From the sequence record MZ234013.1: a DNA stretch of 64,000 nucleotides. One strand, 5' to 3'. The position numbers and the translations under genes are program-made. The stretch is from Escherichia phage vB_EcoM-101112UKE3-1. Positions 41,893 to 54,732 of this stretch are shown piece after piece. Positions within the stretch are counted from its first letter, which is position 1; every line of letters starts with the position of its first letter. Below the pieces are notes generated by a model. It did not search any database. It saw only the letters and a program-made list of their open reading frames with translations, and had not been told where the DNA came from.

Positions 41893-42542
41893 TTAAACTC
41901 CGCATGCCTGCTGGTGGTGAAAGATACATTGATGGTAAATCAGTTTATAAATTATACTTAATGATAAAACAACATATGAATGGAAAGTATGATGTAATTA
42001 AGTATAATTGGTGCATGCGGGTGTCTGATGCCGCTTATCAAAAGCGAAGGGATAAGTATTTTTTCCAGAAGTTATCAGAAAAATATAAATTAAAGGAACT
42101 TGCTTTAATCTTTATAAGTAATTTGGTTGCTAACCAAGATGCTTGGATTGGTGACATCTCTGACGCTGATGCACTTGTGTTTTATCGTGAATATATCGGA
42201 CGCTTAAAGCAAATTAAATTTAAGTTTGAAGAAGATATTCGCAACATTTATTATTTTAGTAAAAAAGTTGAAGTTTCTGCTTTTAAAGAAATCTTTGAAT
42301 ATAATCCAAAGGTTCAGTCAAGTTATATTTTTAAACTTCTGCAATCGAACATAATTTCGTTTGAGACGTTTATCTTGCTTGATTCGTTTTTAAATATAAT
42401 CGATAAACATGATGAACAGACTGATAATTTAGTTTGGAACAATTATTCTATAAAGTTAAAAGCTTATAGAAAAATTTTAAATATTGATTCACAGAAAGCT
42501 AAAAATGTTTTCATTGAAACTGTGAAATCTTGCAAGTATTAA
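41889..42542 (+). CDS. 59: helicase loader gp59, 217 aa
   Basis: Size and position. Confidence 0.85.
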   Translation: MIKLRMPAGGERYIDGKSVYKLYLMIKQHMNGKYDVIKYNWCMRVSDAAYQKRRDKYFFQKLSEKYKLKELALIFISNLVANQDAWIGDISDADALVFYREYIGRLKQIKFKFEEDIRNIYYFSKKVEVSAFKEIFEYNPKVQSSYIFKLLQSNIISFETFILLDSFLNIIDKHDEQTDNLVWNNYSIKLKAYRKILNIDSQKAKNVFIETVKSCKY

Positions 42543-42550
42543 TTGCTTAT

Positions 42551-42558
42551 TATAAATA
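42551..42558 (+). promoter_or_regulatory. T4 late promoter TATAAATA upstream of gene 32
   Basis: Exact box. Confidence 0.55.
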
Positions 42559-42575
42559 GATTATAATTATCTCAC

Positions 42576-42607
42576 TGACCAGCTATGAGGTCATACATCG
42601 TCATAGC
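42576..42607 (+). promoter_or_regulatory. gene 32 autoregulatory leader pseudoknot
   Basis: TGACC / GGTCA and GCTATGA / TCATAGC interleaved pairing, followed by A/U-rich operator to the ATG. Confidence 0.7.
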
Positions 42608-42641
42608 ACCAACTGTTAATTAAATTAAAAAGGAAATAAAA

Positions 42642-43550
42642 ATGTTTAAACGTAAATCTACTGCTGAACTCGCTGCACAAATGGCTAAACTGGCTGGAAA
42701 TAAAGGTGGTTTTTCTTCTGAAGATAAAGGCGAGTGGAAACTGAAACTCGACAATGCGGGTAACGGTCAAGCAGTAATTCGTTTTCTTCCGTCTAAAAAT
42801 GATGAACAAGCACCATTTGCAATTCTTGTAAATCACGGTTTCAAGAAAAATGGTAAATGGTATATTGAAACATGTTCATCTACCCACGGTGATTACGATT
42901 CTTGCCCAGTATGTCAATACATCAGTAAAAATGATCTGTACAACACTGACAATAAAGAGTACAGTCTTGTTAAACGTAAAACTTCTTACTGGGCTAACAT
43001 TCTTGTTGTAAAAGACCCAGCTGCTCCAGAAAACGAAGGTAAAGTATTTAAATATCGTTTCGGTAAGAAAATCTGGGATAAAATCAATGCAATGATTGCA
43101 GTTGATGTTGAAATGGGTGAAACTCCGGTTGATGTAACTTGCCCGTGGGAAGGTGCTAACTTTGTACTGAAAGTTAAACAAGTTTCTGGTTTTAGTAACT
43201 ACGACGAATCTAAATTCCTGAATCAATCTGCGATTCCAAACATTGATGATGAATCTTTCCAGAAAGAACTGTTCGAACAAATGGTTGACCTTTCTGAAAT
43301 GACTTCTAAAGATAAATTCAAATCATTTGAAGAACTGAGCACTAAATTCGGTCAAGTTATGGGAACTGCTGTGATGGGCGGTGCCGCTGCAACTGCTGCT
43401 AAGAAAGCTGATAAAGTTGCTGATGATTTGGATGCATTCAATGTTGATGACTTCAATACAAAAACTGAAGATGATTTTATGAGCTCAAGCTCTGGCAGTT
43501 CATCTAGTGCTGATGACACGGACCTGGATGACCTTTTGAATGACCTTTAA
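42642..43550 (+). CDS. 32: ssDNA-binding protein gp32
   Basis: Sequence matches T4 gp32 including acidic C-terminus. Confidence 0.95.
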   Translation: MFKRKSTAELAAQMAKLAGNKGGFSSEDKGEWKLKLDNAGNGQAVIRFLPSKNDEQAPFAILVNHGFKKNGKWYIETCSSTHGDYDSCPVCQYISKNDLYNTDNKEYSLVKRKTSYWANILVVKDPAAPENEGKVFKYRFGKKIWDKINAMIAVDVEMGETPVDVTCPWEGANFVLKVKQVSGFSNYDESKFLNQSAIPNIDDESFQKELFEQMVDLSEMTSKDKFKSFEELSTKFGQVMGTAVMGGAAATAAKKADKVADDLDAFNVDDFNTKTEDDFMSSSSGSSSSADDTDLDDLLNDL

Positions 43551-43573
43551 TAGATTATATTACTAATTAATTG

Positions 43574-43601
43574 GGGACCCTAGAGGTCCCCTTTTTTATT
43601 T
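43574..43601 (+). terminator. intrinsic terminator (GGGGACC-CTAGA-GGTCCCC + T-rich)
   Basis: Hairpin plus U tract. Confidence 0.75.
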
Positions 43602-43621
43602 TAAAAATTTTTCACAAAACT

Positions 43622-43651
43622 GTTTACATCCTTGTTCTTCCATGGTACTAT
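43622..43651 (+). promoter_or_regulatory. T4-type early promoter
   Basis: GTTTAC then 18 nt then TACTAT. Confidence 0.55.
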
Positions 43652-43694
43652 ACAACTATCGGCAATACTGCTGATGATTAAAGAGGAAAACAAT

Positions 43695-43922
43695 ATGGCT
43701 AAAGTTGATATTGACATCGTTGATTTTGAATATATTGAAGAAATTATTCGTAATCGTTATCCTGAACTTAGTATCACAAGCGTACAAGATTCTAAGTTTT
43801 GGAGTATTCAAATCGTTATTGAAGGTCCTCTTGAAGACCTCACCCGCTTTATGGCTAATGAATATTGTGATGGCATGGATTCTGAAGACGCAGAATTTTA
43901 CATGGGACTGATTGAACAATAA
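43695..43922 (+). CDS. hypothetical protein, 75 aa
   Basis: ATG with GAGGA SD; track ORF starts upstream. Confidence 0.5.
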   Translation: MAKVDIDIVDFEYIEEIIRNRYPELSITSVQDSKFWSIQIVIEGPLEDLTRFMANEYCDGMDSEDAEFYMGLIEQ

Positions 43923-43967
43923 TTATCAAGGGGCTATTAAGCCCCTATTAAAATGAGGAAAATCAAA

Positions 43968-44354
43968 ATGGAAATCGGCAAAAAATACGAGTTAAATCCA
44001 CACCGTATTAAATCTTTCATTGATATTAGTTCATCAAATGCTAATATGGTTGGCATCATTCAAGAAAATGGTGGTTGGTTTGAAGTTAAATCAATATCAA
44101 GTTTAGATGGCTTTGATTATGTAACTGAAATCATTTGTGCTAATGGCGAAATCTATAATGATGATGGTATGGGTGATGATTATTTTGAACTTAGTGAAGA
44201 AGAGTTTTATTGTTTCCGCGAGTATAAAGAACCGACTTCTGAAGAAGATGAAGTCAAAGACAAGGTTTCTGGCGTAACAAAAATTCACTGCATTGTTGAC
44301 GAAAACAATGTAGATGAAATCATTGAACTTTTGCGAAAAACTTTCAAAAAGTAG
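43968..44354 (+). CDS. hypothetical protein, 128 aa
   Basis: ATG with GAGGA SD. Confidence 0.5.
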   Translation: MEIGKKYELNPHRIKSFIDISSSNANMVGIIQENGGWFEVKSISSLDGFDYVTEIICANGEIYNDDGMGDDYFELSEEEFYCFREYKEPTSEEDEVKDKVSGVTKIHCIVDENNVDEIIELLRKTFKK

Positions 44355-44383
44355 TTTACAGAAGGGTAGTAGTGTGATACTAT
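44354..44383 (+). promoter_or_regulatory. T4-type early promoter
   Basis: GTTTAC then 18 nt then TACTAT. Confidence 0.5.
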
Positions 44384-44413
44384 TACCCTATCAAAACTAA
44401 TGGAGAAAAGAAA

Positions 44414-44482
44414 ATGTTCGCACCTTATATTATGGCAGCAGTTATGTTGGTCTGTTTATATCTTTTGATTAAAGCTTGCTAA
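44414..44482 (+). CDS. tiny hydrophobic peptide, 22 aa
   Basis: ATG with GGAGAAAAG SD; very short. Confidence 0.25.
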   Translation: MFAPYIMAAVMLVCLYLLIKAC

Positions 44483-44492
44483 GGAGAATAAA

Positions 44493-44735
44493 ATGAGATT
44501 ACAACGCCAGAGCATCAAAGATTCAGAAGTTAGAGGTAAATGGTATTTTAATATCATCGGTAAAGATTCTGAACTTGTTGAAAAAGCTGAACATCTTTTA
44601 CGTGGCCTGGGCTGGGAAGATGAATGTGATGGATGCCCTCTTTATGAGGATGGAGAAAGCGCAGGATTTTGGATTTACCATTCTGACGTCGAGCAGTTTA
44701 AAGCTGATTGGAAAATTGTGAAAAAGTCTGTTTAA
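44493..44735 (+). CDS. hypothetical protein, 80 aa
   Basis: ORF with GGAGAA SD. Confidence 0.5.
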   Translation: MRLQRQSIKDSEVRGKWYFNIIGKDSELVEKAEHLLRGLGWEDECDGCPLYEDGESAGFWIYHSDVEQFKADWKIVKKSV

Positions 44736-44745
44736 GGAAAATAAT

Positions 44746-45774
<1,029 letters not shown>

Positions 45775-45775
<1 letters not shown>

Positions 45776-46323
45776 TGAAACAATACCAATTTTTAATTAA
45801 AGATATCCTGGAAAATGGCTACGAAACCGATGACCGAACAGGCACAGGAACAATTGCTTTGTTCGGTACTAAATTACGCTGGGATTTAACTAAAGGTTTT
45901 CCTGCAGTAACAACTAAGAAGCTCGCCTGGAAAGCTTGCATTGCTGAGCTGCTTTGGTTTTTATCGGGAAGCACAAATGTCAATGATTTGCGATTAATTC
46001 AACATGATTCGTTAATCCAAGGCAAAACAGTTTGGGATGAAAATTACGAAAATCAAGCAAAAGATTTAGGATACCATAGCGGTGAACTTGGTCCAATTTA
46101 TGGAAAACAGTGGCGTGATTTTGGTGGTGTAGACCAAATTATAGAAGTTATTGATCGTATTAAAAAATTGCCAAATGATAGGCGTCAAATTGTTTCAGCA
46201 TGGAATCCAGCTGAACTCAAGCAGATGGCATTACCGCCTTGTCATATGTTCTATCAGTTTAATGTGCGTAATGGCTATTTGGATTTGCAGTGGTATCAAC
46301 GATCAGTAGATGTTTTCTTGGGT
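45775..46323 (+). CDS. td: thymidylate synthase, exon 1 (183 codons)
   Basis: Matches T4 TS from MKQYQ to ...VDVFLG; frame breaks at the group I intron 5' splice site. Confidence 0.9.
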
Positions 46324-46643
46324 TAATTGAGGCCTGAGTATAAGGTGACTTATACTTGTAATCTATCTAAACGGGGAACCTCTCTAGTAGACAATCCCGT
46401 GCTAAATTGTAGGACTACCCTTTAATAATTTCATCAGGATTAGTTACTTATCGTGTAAAATCTGATAAATGGAATTGGTTCTACATAAATGCCTAACGAC
46501 TATCCCTTTGGGGAGTAGGGTCAAGTGACTCGAAACGATAGACAACTTGCTTTAACAAGTTGGAGATATAGTCTGATCTGCATGGTGACATGCAGCTGGA
46601 TATAATTCCGGGGTAAGATTAACGACCTTATCTGAACATAATG
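46324..46643 (+). ncRNA. group I self-splicing intron in td, 320 nt, lacking an intact homing endonuclease ORF
   Basis: 5' end TAATTGAGGCCTGAGTATAAGGTGACTTATAC... and 3' end ...GGGGTAAGATTAACGACCTTATCTGAACATAATG match the T4 td intron core; TS frame resumes at 46644. Confidence 0.85.
46431..46496 (+). pseudogene. probable remnant of intron homing endonuclease I-TevI (3' terminal codons only)
   Basis: In-frame SSGLVTYRVKSDKWNWFYINA then stop, with no start codon; recalled as the I-TevI C-terminus. Confidence 0.5.
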
Positions 46644-46955
46644 CTTCCATTTAATATTGCATCATATGCTACGTTAGTTCATATTGTAGCTAAGATGTGT
46701 AATCTTATTCCGGGAGATTTGATATTTTCCGGTGGTAATACTCATATCTATATGAATCACGTAGAACAATGTAAAGAAATTTTGCGTCGTGAACCTAAAG
46801 AGCTTTGTGAACTGGTAATAGGCGGATTGCCTTATAAATTCCGCTATCTTTCTACTAAAGAACAATTGGAATACATTCTTAAACTCAGGCCTAAAGATTT
46901 CGTTCTCAAAGATTATCAGTCCCACGGCGTCTTGAAAGGAAAAATGGCGGTGTAA
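46644..46955 (+). CDS. td: thymidylate synthase, exon 2 (103 codons)
   Basis: LPFNIASYATLVHIV... continues the TS sequence to stop. Confidence 0.9.
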   Translation, partial: LPFNIASYATLVHIVAKMCNLIPGDLIFSGGNTHIYMNHVEQCKEILRREPKELCELVIGGLPYKFRYLSTKEQLEYILKLRPKDFVLKDYQSHGVLKGKMAV

Positions 46956-46978
46956 TTTTAATTTAATTGTGAGGATTT

Positions 46979-47242
46979 ATGATTTTACGATTTAAAGATA
47001 CTTCTGGTGTAGTTCTTTTTACACTTCCTAACCCAAGTGAGTTAGAAGTTCCAGGACCAAATCAGCCTATTATCATTTATGGCAAAAAATATTATACTCA
47101 TAAAATGACTCGTGAGTATTTTGATAATAAAATTTCTACAGTTAAAACTTCTTCTGATTGTTACTATGATATTACTGTTTTAACGGAAAAACAATATGAC
47201 GAATTATCACCGCGCGGGCCGTCTATGTCGGGTAGTGAATAA
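46979..47242 (+). CDS. hypothetical protein, 87 aa
   Basis: ORF with GAGGA SD. Confidence 0.5.
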   Translation: MILRFKDTSGVVLFTLPNPSELEVPGPNQPIIIYGKKYYTHKMTREYFDNKISTVKTSSDCYYDITVLTEKQYDELSPRGPSMSGSE

Positions 47243-47522
47243 ATATAAATCCGACTTTGATGTCAATATTCACCGCGGTACATTTTGGGGAAATTACGTT
47301 GGTAAAGATGCTGGCAGCCGGGAGGCTGCCATTGAATTATTCAAAAAAGATTTTATACGTCGAATTAAATCCGGAGAAATAACTAAAGCACATTTAGAGC
47401 CTTTACGTGGAATGAGGCTAGGATGCACATGTAAACCAAAGCCGTGTCATGGTGATATAATAGCTCATATAGTTAACCGACTGTTTAAAGACGATTTTCA
47501 AGTTGAGGACTTATGCAATTAA
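47196..47522 (+). CDS. hypothetical protein, 108 aa
   Basis: ORF overlapping previous ORF in another frame. Confidence 0.45.
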   Translation: MTNYHRAGRLCRVVNKYKSDFDVNIHRGTFWGNYVGKDAGSREAAIELFKKDFIRRIKSGEITKAHLEPLRGMRLGCTCKPKPCHGDIIAHIVNRLFKDDFQVEDLCN

Positions 47523-49777
47523 TTAATGTTATCAAAAGTAGTGGTGTTTCTCAGAGCTTTGACCCACAAAAAATTATTAAAGTTTTATCTTGGGCAGCTG
47601 AGGGAACATCAGTAGATCCTTATGAATTATATGAAAATATTAAATCTTATCTCCGTGATGGAATGACAACTGATGATATTCAGACTATTGTCATTAAGGC
47701 CGCTGCGAATTCTATTTCGGTTGAAGAGCCTGATTATCAATATGTAGCTGCACGTTGTCTAATGTTCGCTCTTCGTAAGCATGTTTATGGGCAGTATGAA
47801 CCGCGTTCATTTATTGACCATATTTCTTACTGTGTAAATGAAGGTAAATACGACCCTGAACTGTTGTCAAAATATTCAGCAGAAGAAATTACATTTTTAG
47901 AATCAAAAATTAAGCACGAGCGGGATATGGAATTTACTTATTCCGGGGCGATGCAATTAAAAGAAAAATATCTAGTTAAAGATAAAACCACTGGTCAAAT
48001 TTATGAAACTCCACAGTTTGCATTTATGACTATTGGAATGGCATTGCATCAAGATGAACCTGTTGATAGATTAAAACATGTTATTCGTTTTTATGAAGCA
48101 GTATCTACTCGACAGATTTCATTGCCAACTCCTATTATGGCTGGTTGCCGTACTCCGACTCGACAGTTTAGTTCATGCGTTGTTATTGAAGCTGGTGATT
48201 CATTGAAGTCAATTAATAAAGCTTCTGCTTCAATTGTTGAATATATTTCTAAACGCGCTGGAATTGGAATTAACGTAGGTATGATTCGTGCTGAAGGTTC
48301 TAAGATTGGCATGGGTGAAGTACGCCATACTGGTGTTATTCCTTTTTGGAAACATTTTCAGACTGCAGTTAAATCATGTTCACAGGGTGGAATTCGTGGC
48401 GGCGCTGCTACTGCTTATTATCCTATTTGGCATTTGGAAGTTGAAAATCTTCTCGTTTTGAAAAATAACAAAGGCGTAGAAGAAAACCGCATTCGTCATA
48501 TGGATTATGGTGTTCAGCTGAATGATTTGATGATGGAACGATTCGGAAAGAACGATTACATTACTTTGTTCAGTCCGCATGAAATGGGTGGCGAGCTTTA
48601 TTATTCTTATTTTAAAGACCAAGACCGTTTCCGTGAATTATACGAAGCAGCAGAAAAAGACCCTAATATTCGTAAAAAGCGTATTAAAGCCCGTGAACTA
48701 TTTGAATTGCTCATGACTGAACGTTCAGGAACAGCAAGGATTTATGTGCAGTTCATTGATAATACGAATAACTATACTCCGTTTATTCGTGAAAAGGCAC
48801 CTATTCGTCAGAGTAACTTGTGCTGTGAAATTGCTATTCCAACAAATGATGTGAATAGTCCTGATGCTGAAATTGGATTGTGTACTCTCTCTGCATTCGT
48901 ACTGGATAATTTTGACTGGCAAGACCAAGATAAAATTAATGAATTGGCAGAAGTTCAAGTTCGTGCTCTTGATAATCTTTTGGATTACCAAGGATATCCA
49001 GTTCCTGAAGCAGAAAAAGCTAAAAAGCGTCGAAACCTTGGTGTAGGTGTTACTAACTATGCAGCTTGGCTGGCAAGTAACTTTGCTTCTTATGAAGATG
49101 CTAACGATTTAACACATGAACTATTTGAGAGATTACAGTATGGACTCATTAAAGCATCCATTAAGCTCGCCAAAGAAAAAGGACCTTGCGAATATTATTC
49201 AGACACTCGTTGGTCTCGAGGCGAATTACCTATCGACTGGTACAATAAAAAGATTGACCAAATCGCAGCTCCAAAATACGTTTGTGACTGGTCGTCGCTG
49301 CGGGAAGACCTTAAGCTCTTTGGCATCCGTAATAGCACATTATCAGCACTTATGCCATGTGAGTCATCTTCCCAAGTTTCTAACAGTACAAACGGTATCG
49401 AGCCTCCACGTGGACCAGTCTCTGTTAAAGAATCAAAAGAGGGCTCCTTTAATCAAGTCGTGCCCAATATTGAGCATAACATAGACCTTTACGACTATAC
49501 ATGGAAATTAGCTAAGAAAGGTAATAAACCTTATCTTACGCAGGTAGCTATTATGCTGAAATGGGTATGTCAATCAGCTTCAGCGAATACATACTATGAC
49601 CCGCAGATTTTTCCAAAAGGAAAGGTTCCAATGTCAATAATGATTGATGACATGCTATACGGATGGTATTATGGCATTAAAAACTTCTATTATCATAATA
49701 CTCGTGATGGTTCCGGTACTGATGATTATGAAATAGAAACTCCAAAAGCCGATGATTGCGCAGCGTGTAAATTGTAA
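47513..49777 (+). CDS. nrdA: ribonucleotide reductase large subunit NrdA, 754 aa
   Basis: Length 754 aa; ATP-cone N-terminus; class Ia RNR motifs. Confidence 0.95.
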   Translation: MQLINVIKSSGVSQSFDPQKIIKVLSWAAEGTSVDPYELYENIKSYLRDGMTTDDIQTIVIKAAANSISVEEPDYQYVAARCLMFALRKHVYGQYEPRSFIDHISYCVNEGKYDPELLSKYSAEEITFLESKIKHERDMEFTYSGAMQLKEKYLVKDKTTGQIYETPQFAFMTIGMALHQDEPVDRLKHVIRFYEAVSTRQISLPTPIMAGCRTPTRQFSSCVVIEAGDSLKSINKASASIVEYISKRAGIGINVGMIRAEGSKIGMGEVRHTGVIPFWKHFQTAVKSCSQGGIRGGAATAYYPIWHLEVENLLVLKNNKGVEENRIRHMDYGVQLNDLMMERFGKNDYITLFSPHEMGGELYYSYFKDQDRFRELYEAAEKDPNIRKKRIKARELFELLMTERSGTARIYVQFIDNTNNYTPFIREKAPIRQSNLCCEIAIPTNDVNSPDAEIGLCTLSAFVLDNFDWQDQDKINELAEVQVRALDNLLDYQGYPVPEAEKAKKRRNLGVGVTNYAAWLASNFASYEDANDLTHELFERLQYGLIKASIKLAKEKGPCEYYSDTRWSRGELPIDWYNKKIDQIAAPKYVCDWSSLREDLKLFGIRNSTLSALMPCESSSQVSNSTNGIEPPRGPVSVKESKEGSFNQVVPNIEHNIDLYDYTWKLAKKGNKPYLTQVAIMLKWVCQSASANTYYDPQIFPKGKVPMSIMIDDMLYGWYYGIKNFYYHNTRDGSGTDDYEIETPKADDCAACKL

Positions 49778-50508
49778 TGAATTATCAAAAAATCTATAAC
49801 GACCTAATTTCCCGAGCTCAGGCTCGGGAATCTTTACTAGAATATAAAGAGACACATCATATAATCCCTAAATGCATGGGAGGTTCTGATGATAAGGAAA
49901 ATTTAGTTGAATTAACAGCCAGAGAACATTTTATAGCTCATCTATTACTATGTAAGATAAATGAAGGCCATTTTGGTCTTGCCTCTGCGTTAACGTTACT
50001 GGCAACAGATAAAGCTGGCAATAGAATTAATAACAGATTGTACAGCTTACACAGAAAATTATTTGCTAAAGCTAATTCTGAGTTCTTTAAGAAATATTGG
50101 AAAAATAATCCTCATCCTAAAGGGATGCTAGGCAAGCATCATAAAAACGAAACTAAACAGCATGTATCTAACGTGAATAGATATGCGTGCCCATCTGTAG
50201 AAATACATAAATTCTCATTAGATGGGGATTTCATAGAAACCTTTCACTCTATTGCGGCAGCGTCCCGGTCAGTTAATGGAAACGGGTCAAATATCAAATA
50301 TTGTGCCGAGGGTAAATTTCAATATGCTTATGGATTTAGATGGTCATATCAACTTGATGCAAAGTTTGACAAAATAAAACCAAGAGATTATAAAGGAATC
50401 CGCGGTAAGAAATGGATTAATAATGGAAGTGAATGCACGCTTATAGGTAAAGATGATATTATACCGCCAGGTTGGAAACACGGCAGAATTTTAAAGAGGA
50501 AAAATTAA
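49777..50508 (+). CDS. mobE: free-standing HNH homing endonuclease (MobE-like), 243 aa
   Basis: HNH motif HHIIPKCMGGSDDKENLVELTAREHFIAH; sits between nrdA and nrdB with TAATG overlaps at both ends. Confidence 0.7.
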   Translation: MNYQKIYNDLISRAQARESLLEYKETHHIIPKCMGGSDDKENLVELTAREHFIAHLLLCKINEGHFGLASALTLLATDKAGNRINNRLYSLHRKLFAKANSEFFKKYWKNNPHPKGMLGKHHKNETKQHVSNVNRYACPSVEIHKFSLDGDFIETFHSIAAASRSVNGNGSNIKYCAEGKFQYAYGFRWSYQLDAKFDKIKPRDYKGIRGKKWINNGSECTLIGKDDIIPPGWKHGRILKRKN

Positions 50509-51686
50509 TGTCTACAGTTTTTAATACAAATCCAGTTGATGTTTTAAAAGAACCTATGTTTTTTGGTTCAGGTCTTGGTATTGCGCGTTATGATATTCAA
50601 CGCCATAAAGTTTTTGAAGATTTAACCGAAAAGCAGTTGTCATTTTTCTGGCGTCCTGAAGAAGTAAACTTAATGATGGATGCTGCACAGTTTAATAAGC
50701 TTCCTCAATATCAGCAAGATATTTTTACTAATAACCTGAAGTATCAATCACTTTTGGATAGCATTCAGGGTCGTGCGCCGTCTGCTGTACTTATGTCATT
50801 AATTTCAGACCCTAGCCTTGATACATGGGTTGCTACGTGGACTTTTAGTGAAACTATTCACAGCCGTTCATATACACATATCATGCGAAATCTTTATACT
50901 GATCCATCGAAGGTGTTTGATGAGATTGTATTAGATGAAGCTATTATGAAACGTGCTGAATCAATTGGACGTTATTATGATGATGTTCTGATTAAAACTC
51001 GTTATTGGGAAAACGCTAAAGCTGATATCGAATACCAAAAAGAAATTAATGCAGACGAAGACGTTATTGAAGATGCTATTGAGCATGAGACATATTGGAA
51101 GCATGAGCTAATGAAATCTCTTTACCTCTGTTTGCATGTAATCAACGCATTGGAAGCTATTCGTTTTTATGTATCTTTCGCATGTACCTTTAACTTCCAT
51201 AAAAACATGGAAATCATGGAAGGTAATGCCAAGATTATGAAGTTCATTGCGCGCGATGAGCAACTTCACCTTAAAGGTACTCAATATATTATTCGTCAAC
51301 TTCAACTTGGCACTGATGGCGATGAATGGGTTAAAATTGCTCAAGAGTGTGAACAAGAAGCAGTTGATATTTTCATGGAAGTTAACCGCCAAGAAAAAGA
51401 TTGGGCGGTTCATTTATTTAAAGATGGCGATGTTCCTGGATTAAATACAAATAGCATGTGGAGCTTTATTGATTACTTAACTGTATCTCGTATGAAACAG
51501 TGCGGTCTTCCATGTCCAATTACCGATGCTCCGGTTAAACATCCGTATCCTTGGATTCGTGAATATCTTAATTCTGATAATGTTCAATCCGCGCCACAAG
51601 AAGTAGAACTGTCATCTTATCTTGTAGCACAGATTGATAATGACGTTGATGATAAAGTTATGATGAGTTTTAAAAAATATTTTTAA
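50508..51686 (+). CDS. nrdB: ribonucleotide reductase small subunit NrdB, uninterrupted
   Basis: Sequence matches T4 NrdB from MSTVFNTNPVD; continuous ORF, no intron. Confidence 0.92.
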   Translation: MSTVFNTNPVDVLKEPMFFGSGLGIARYDIQRHKVFEDLTEKQLSFFWRPEEVNLMMDAAQFNKLPQYQQDIFTNNLKYQSLLDSIQGRAPSAVLMSLISDPSLDTWVATWTFSETIHSRSYTHIMRNLYTDPSKVFDEIVLDEAIMKRAESIGRYYDDVLIKTRYWENAKADIEYQKEINADEDVIEDAIEHETYWKHELMKSLYLCLHVINALEAIRFYVSFACTFNFHKNMEIMEGNAKIMKFIARDEQLHLKGTQYIIRQLQLGTDGDEWVKIAQECEQEAVDIFMEVNRQEKDWAVHLFKDGDVPGLNTNSMWSFIDYLTVSRMKQCGLPCPITDAPVKHPYPWIREYLNSDNVQSAPQEVELSSYLVAQIDNDVDDKVMMSFKKYF

Positions 51687-51690
51687 GGAG

Positions 51691-51713
51691 TGGGCCGCAA
51701 GGCCCATTTTATT
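51691..51713 (+). terminator. intrinsic terminator (TGGGCC-GCAA-GGCCCA + U tract)
   Basis: Hairpin plus TTTTATTAT. Confidence 0.6.
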
Positions 51714-53301
<1,588 letters not shown>

Positions 53302-53304
53302 GCT

Positions 53305-53334
53305 GTTTACAAGTCCCTCGTGTTGTGTTATAGT
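53305..53334 (+). promoter_or_regulatory. T4-type early promoter
   Basis: GTTTAC then 18 nt then TATAGT. Confidence 0.55.
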
Positions 53335-53365
53335 AGTCTTACTGACATAACATGAGGACTTTATG

Positions 53366-53869
53366 ATGGATTTGCAGCTTATTACTACTGAAATGGTCGT
53401 TGAAGCATACGGTGATACTACAGATGGGATTTCTGTATTTAAAGGAAATCGTCGAGTTGGATATATCACCGATCTTAAGAAAGATTTAGCTAAGCAAGTC
53501 AAGCGGAAAACGACCATTAAAGAATATCGAAATCGTCGTCTTGAGCAAGCCCGTGATATGCTTCCTGATGCGGTTGAGGAGATGAAAGTCTTTTTAGAAA
53601 ATCAGCTTGCGAAATATGATTGCGATGTGTTCATTAATCAGACTCAACCTAATGTTCATATTAACAACTGTAAATGCTATATCATCGTTAATCCTTTAAC
53701 GGGAAAACATCGTCTTGGAATTAGTAATCCAAATCGTAGCGCATCGGATATGGCAGAAGATGTTGAGGCATGCTTTAAAATTTCTAAATCTCCGGCTGAA
53801 CATCATATTTTAATTAACGGTCTTTCTCAAGACGATATTATAGAGGTTATTAAAACTTTATGCAATTAA
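53366..53869 (+). CDS. alc: Alc (arrests host transcription on cytosine-containing DNA), 167 aa
   Basis: Sequence, size and position match T4 Alc. Confidence 0.8.
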   Translation: MDLQLITTEMVVEAYGDTTDGISVFKGNRRVGYITDLKKDLAKQVKRKTTIKEYRNRRLEQARDMLPDAVEEMKVFLENQLAKYDCDVFINQTQPNVHINNCKCYIIVNPLTGKHRLGISNPNRSASDMAEDVEACFKISKSPAEHHILINGLSQDDIIEVIKTLCN

Positions 53870-54213
53870 GTAATACGACAGCAGGTTTGCTATTAATTGT
53901 AATTGCATTAGGCGGAACTTCTTTAATTTTAAAAAATAAAATTGAAAGATTAGAAACGTCTGTTGTAGAAATTACAAAAACGGCCAATGAAAACGCCTTA
54001 GCATTAAATAATTTGCGAATTCAGTATAATTATATTGATGCGATGAATAATAAAAATCGTGAGGCGATTGCTGCTATTGAGCGTGAAAATGAAAAACTGC
54101 GCAAAGATGCAAAGAAGGCGGATGTGGTGGCTCGTAAGCCAGGATTGGTTGAAAAACAAATCAACAACTCCTTCAACAAGTTCGCAGAAGACATCCAGGA
54201 CCTTTCTAAATGA
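53860..54213 (+). CDS. hypothetical membrane-anchored protein, 117 aa
   Basis: ORF with N-terminal hydrophobic segment. Confidence 0.5.
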   Translation: MQLSNTTAGLLLIVIALGGTSLILKNKIERLETSVVEITKTANENALALNNLRIQYNYIDAMNNKNREAIAAIERENEKLRKDAKKADVVARKPGLVEKQINNSFNKFAEDIQDLSK

Positions 54214-54509
54214 TTAGACTATCAGCAGTAATATTATCTATCGGTCTTCTAGCTGGTTGTTCGACAAAGCCTCTAGAAGTAAAGAAAGAAACAGTTCATC
54301 CTAATTGGCCTGTACAGATAAAGTCATATGATGAAGCTAAACTATCTTGGCAAGTTAAAGTTATTGATGGTAAAGCTTGGGTCGGTATGCCATTTGAAGA
54401 TTCCCAGGAATTTCGTATTTGGCTTAATGATGTAAAACGATATGTACATGACCAAAAAACTATGATATGTTATTATCGTCAAGAGTTAAAAGAGGATAAA
54501 TGTAAATGA
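54210..54509 (+). CDS. putative lipoprotein, 99 aa
   Basis: Signal peptide with lipobox LAGC. Confidence 0.5.
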   Translation: MIRLSAVILSIGLLAGCSTKPLEVKKETVHPNWPVQIKSYDEAKLSWQVKVIDGKAWVGMPFEDSQEFRIWLNDVKRYVHDQKTMICYYRQELKEDKCK

Positions 54510-54732
54510 TTTCATGGCATCAATTTGAACATCTCAAAGGATTGATTTATGAATCCGAGATGGCTGCAATGATTTATGGACGCCAGATTCAGCGGTTAGA
54601 ATCTTTACCTCCAACTAATGATGTTTTATTAGCTCAATCCCGTGCTAATCTCAAAAATGAATATCAAAATAAGTGGGGTAAAGCATCTAAAGACCTGCAT
54701 GATTATATTCAATCATTAGTTGAGAAAAATAA

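Noticed and set aside
50508-51686. Expected group I intron in nrdB
   Set aside because: The NrdB frame is continuous over the whole gene; no interruption or intron core is present.
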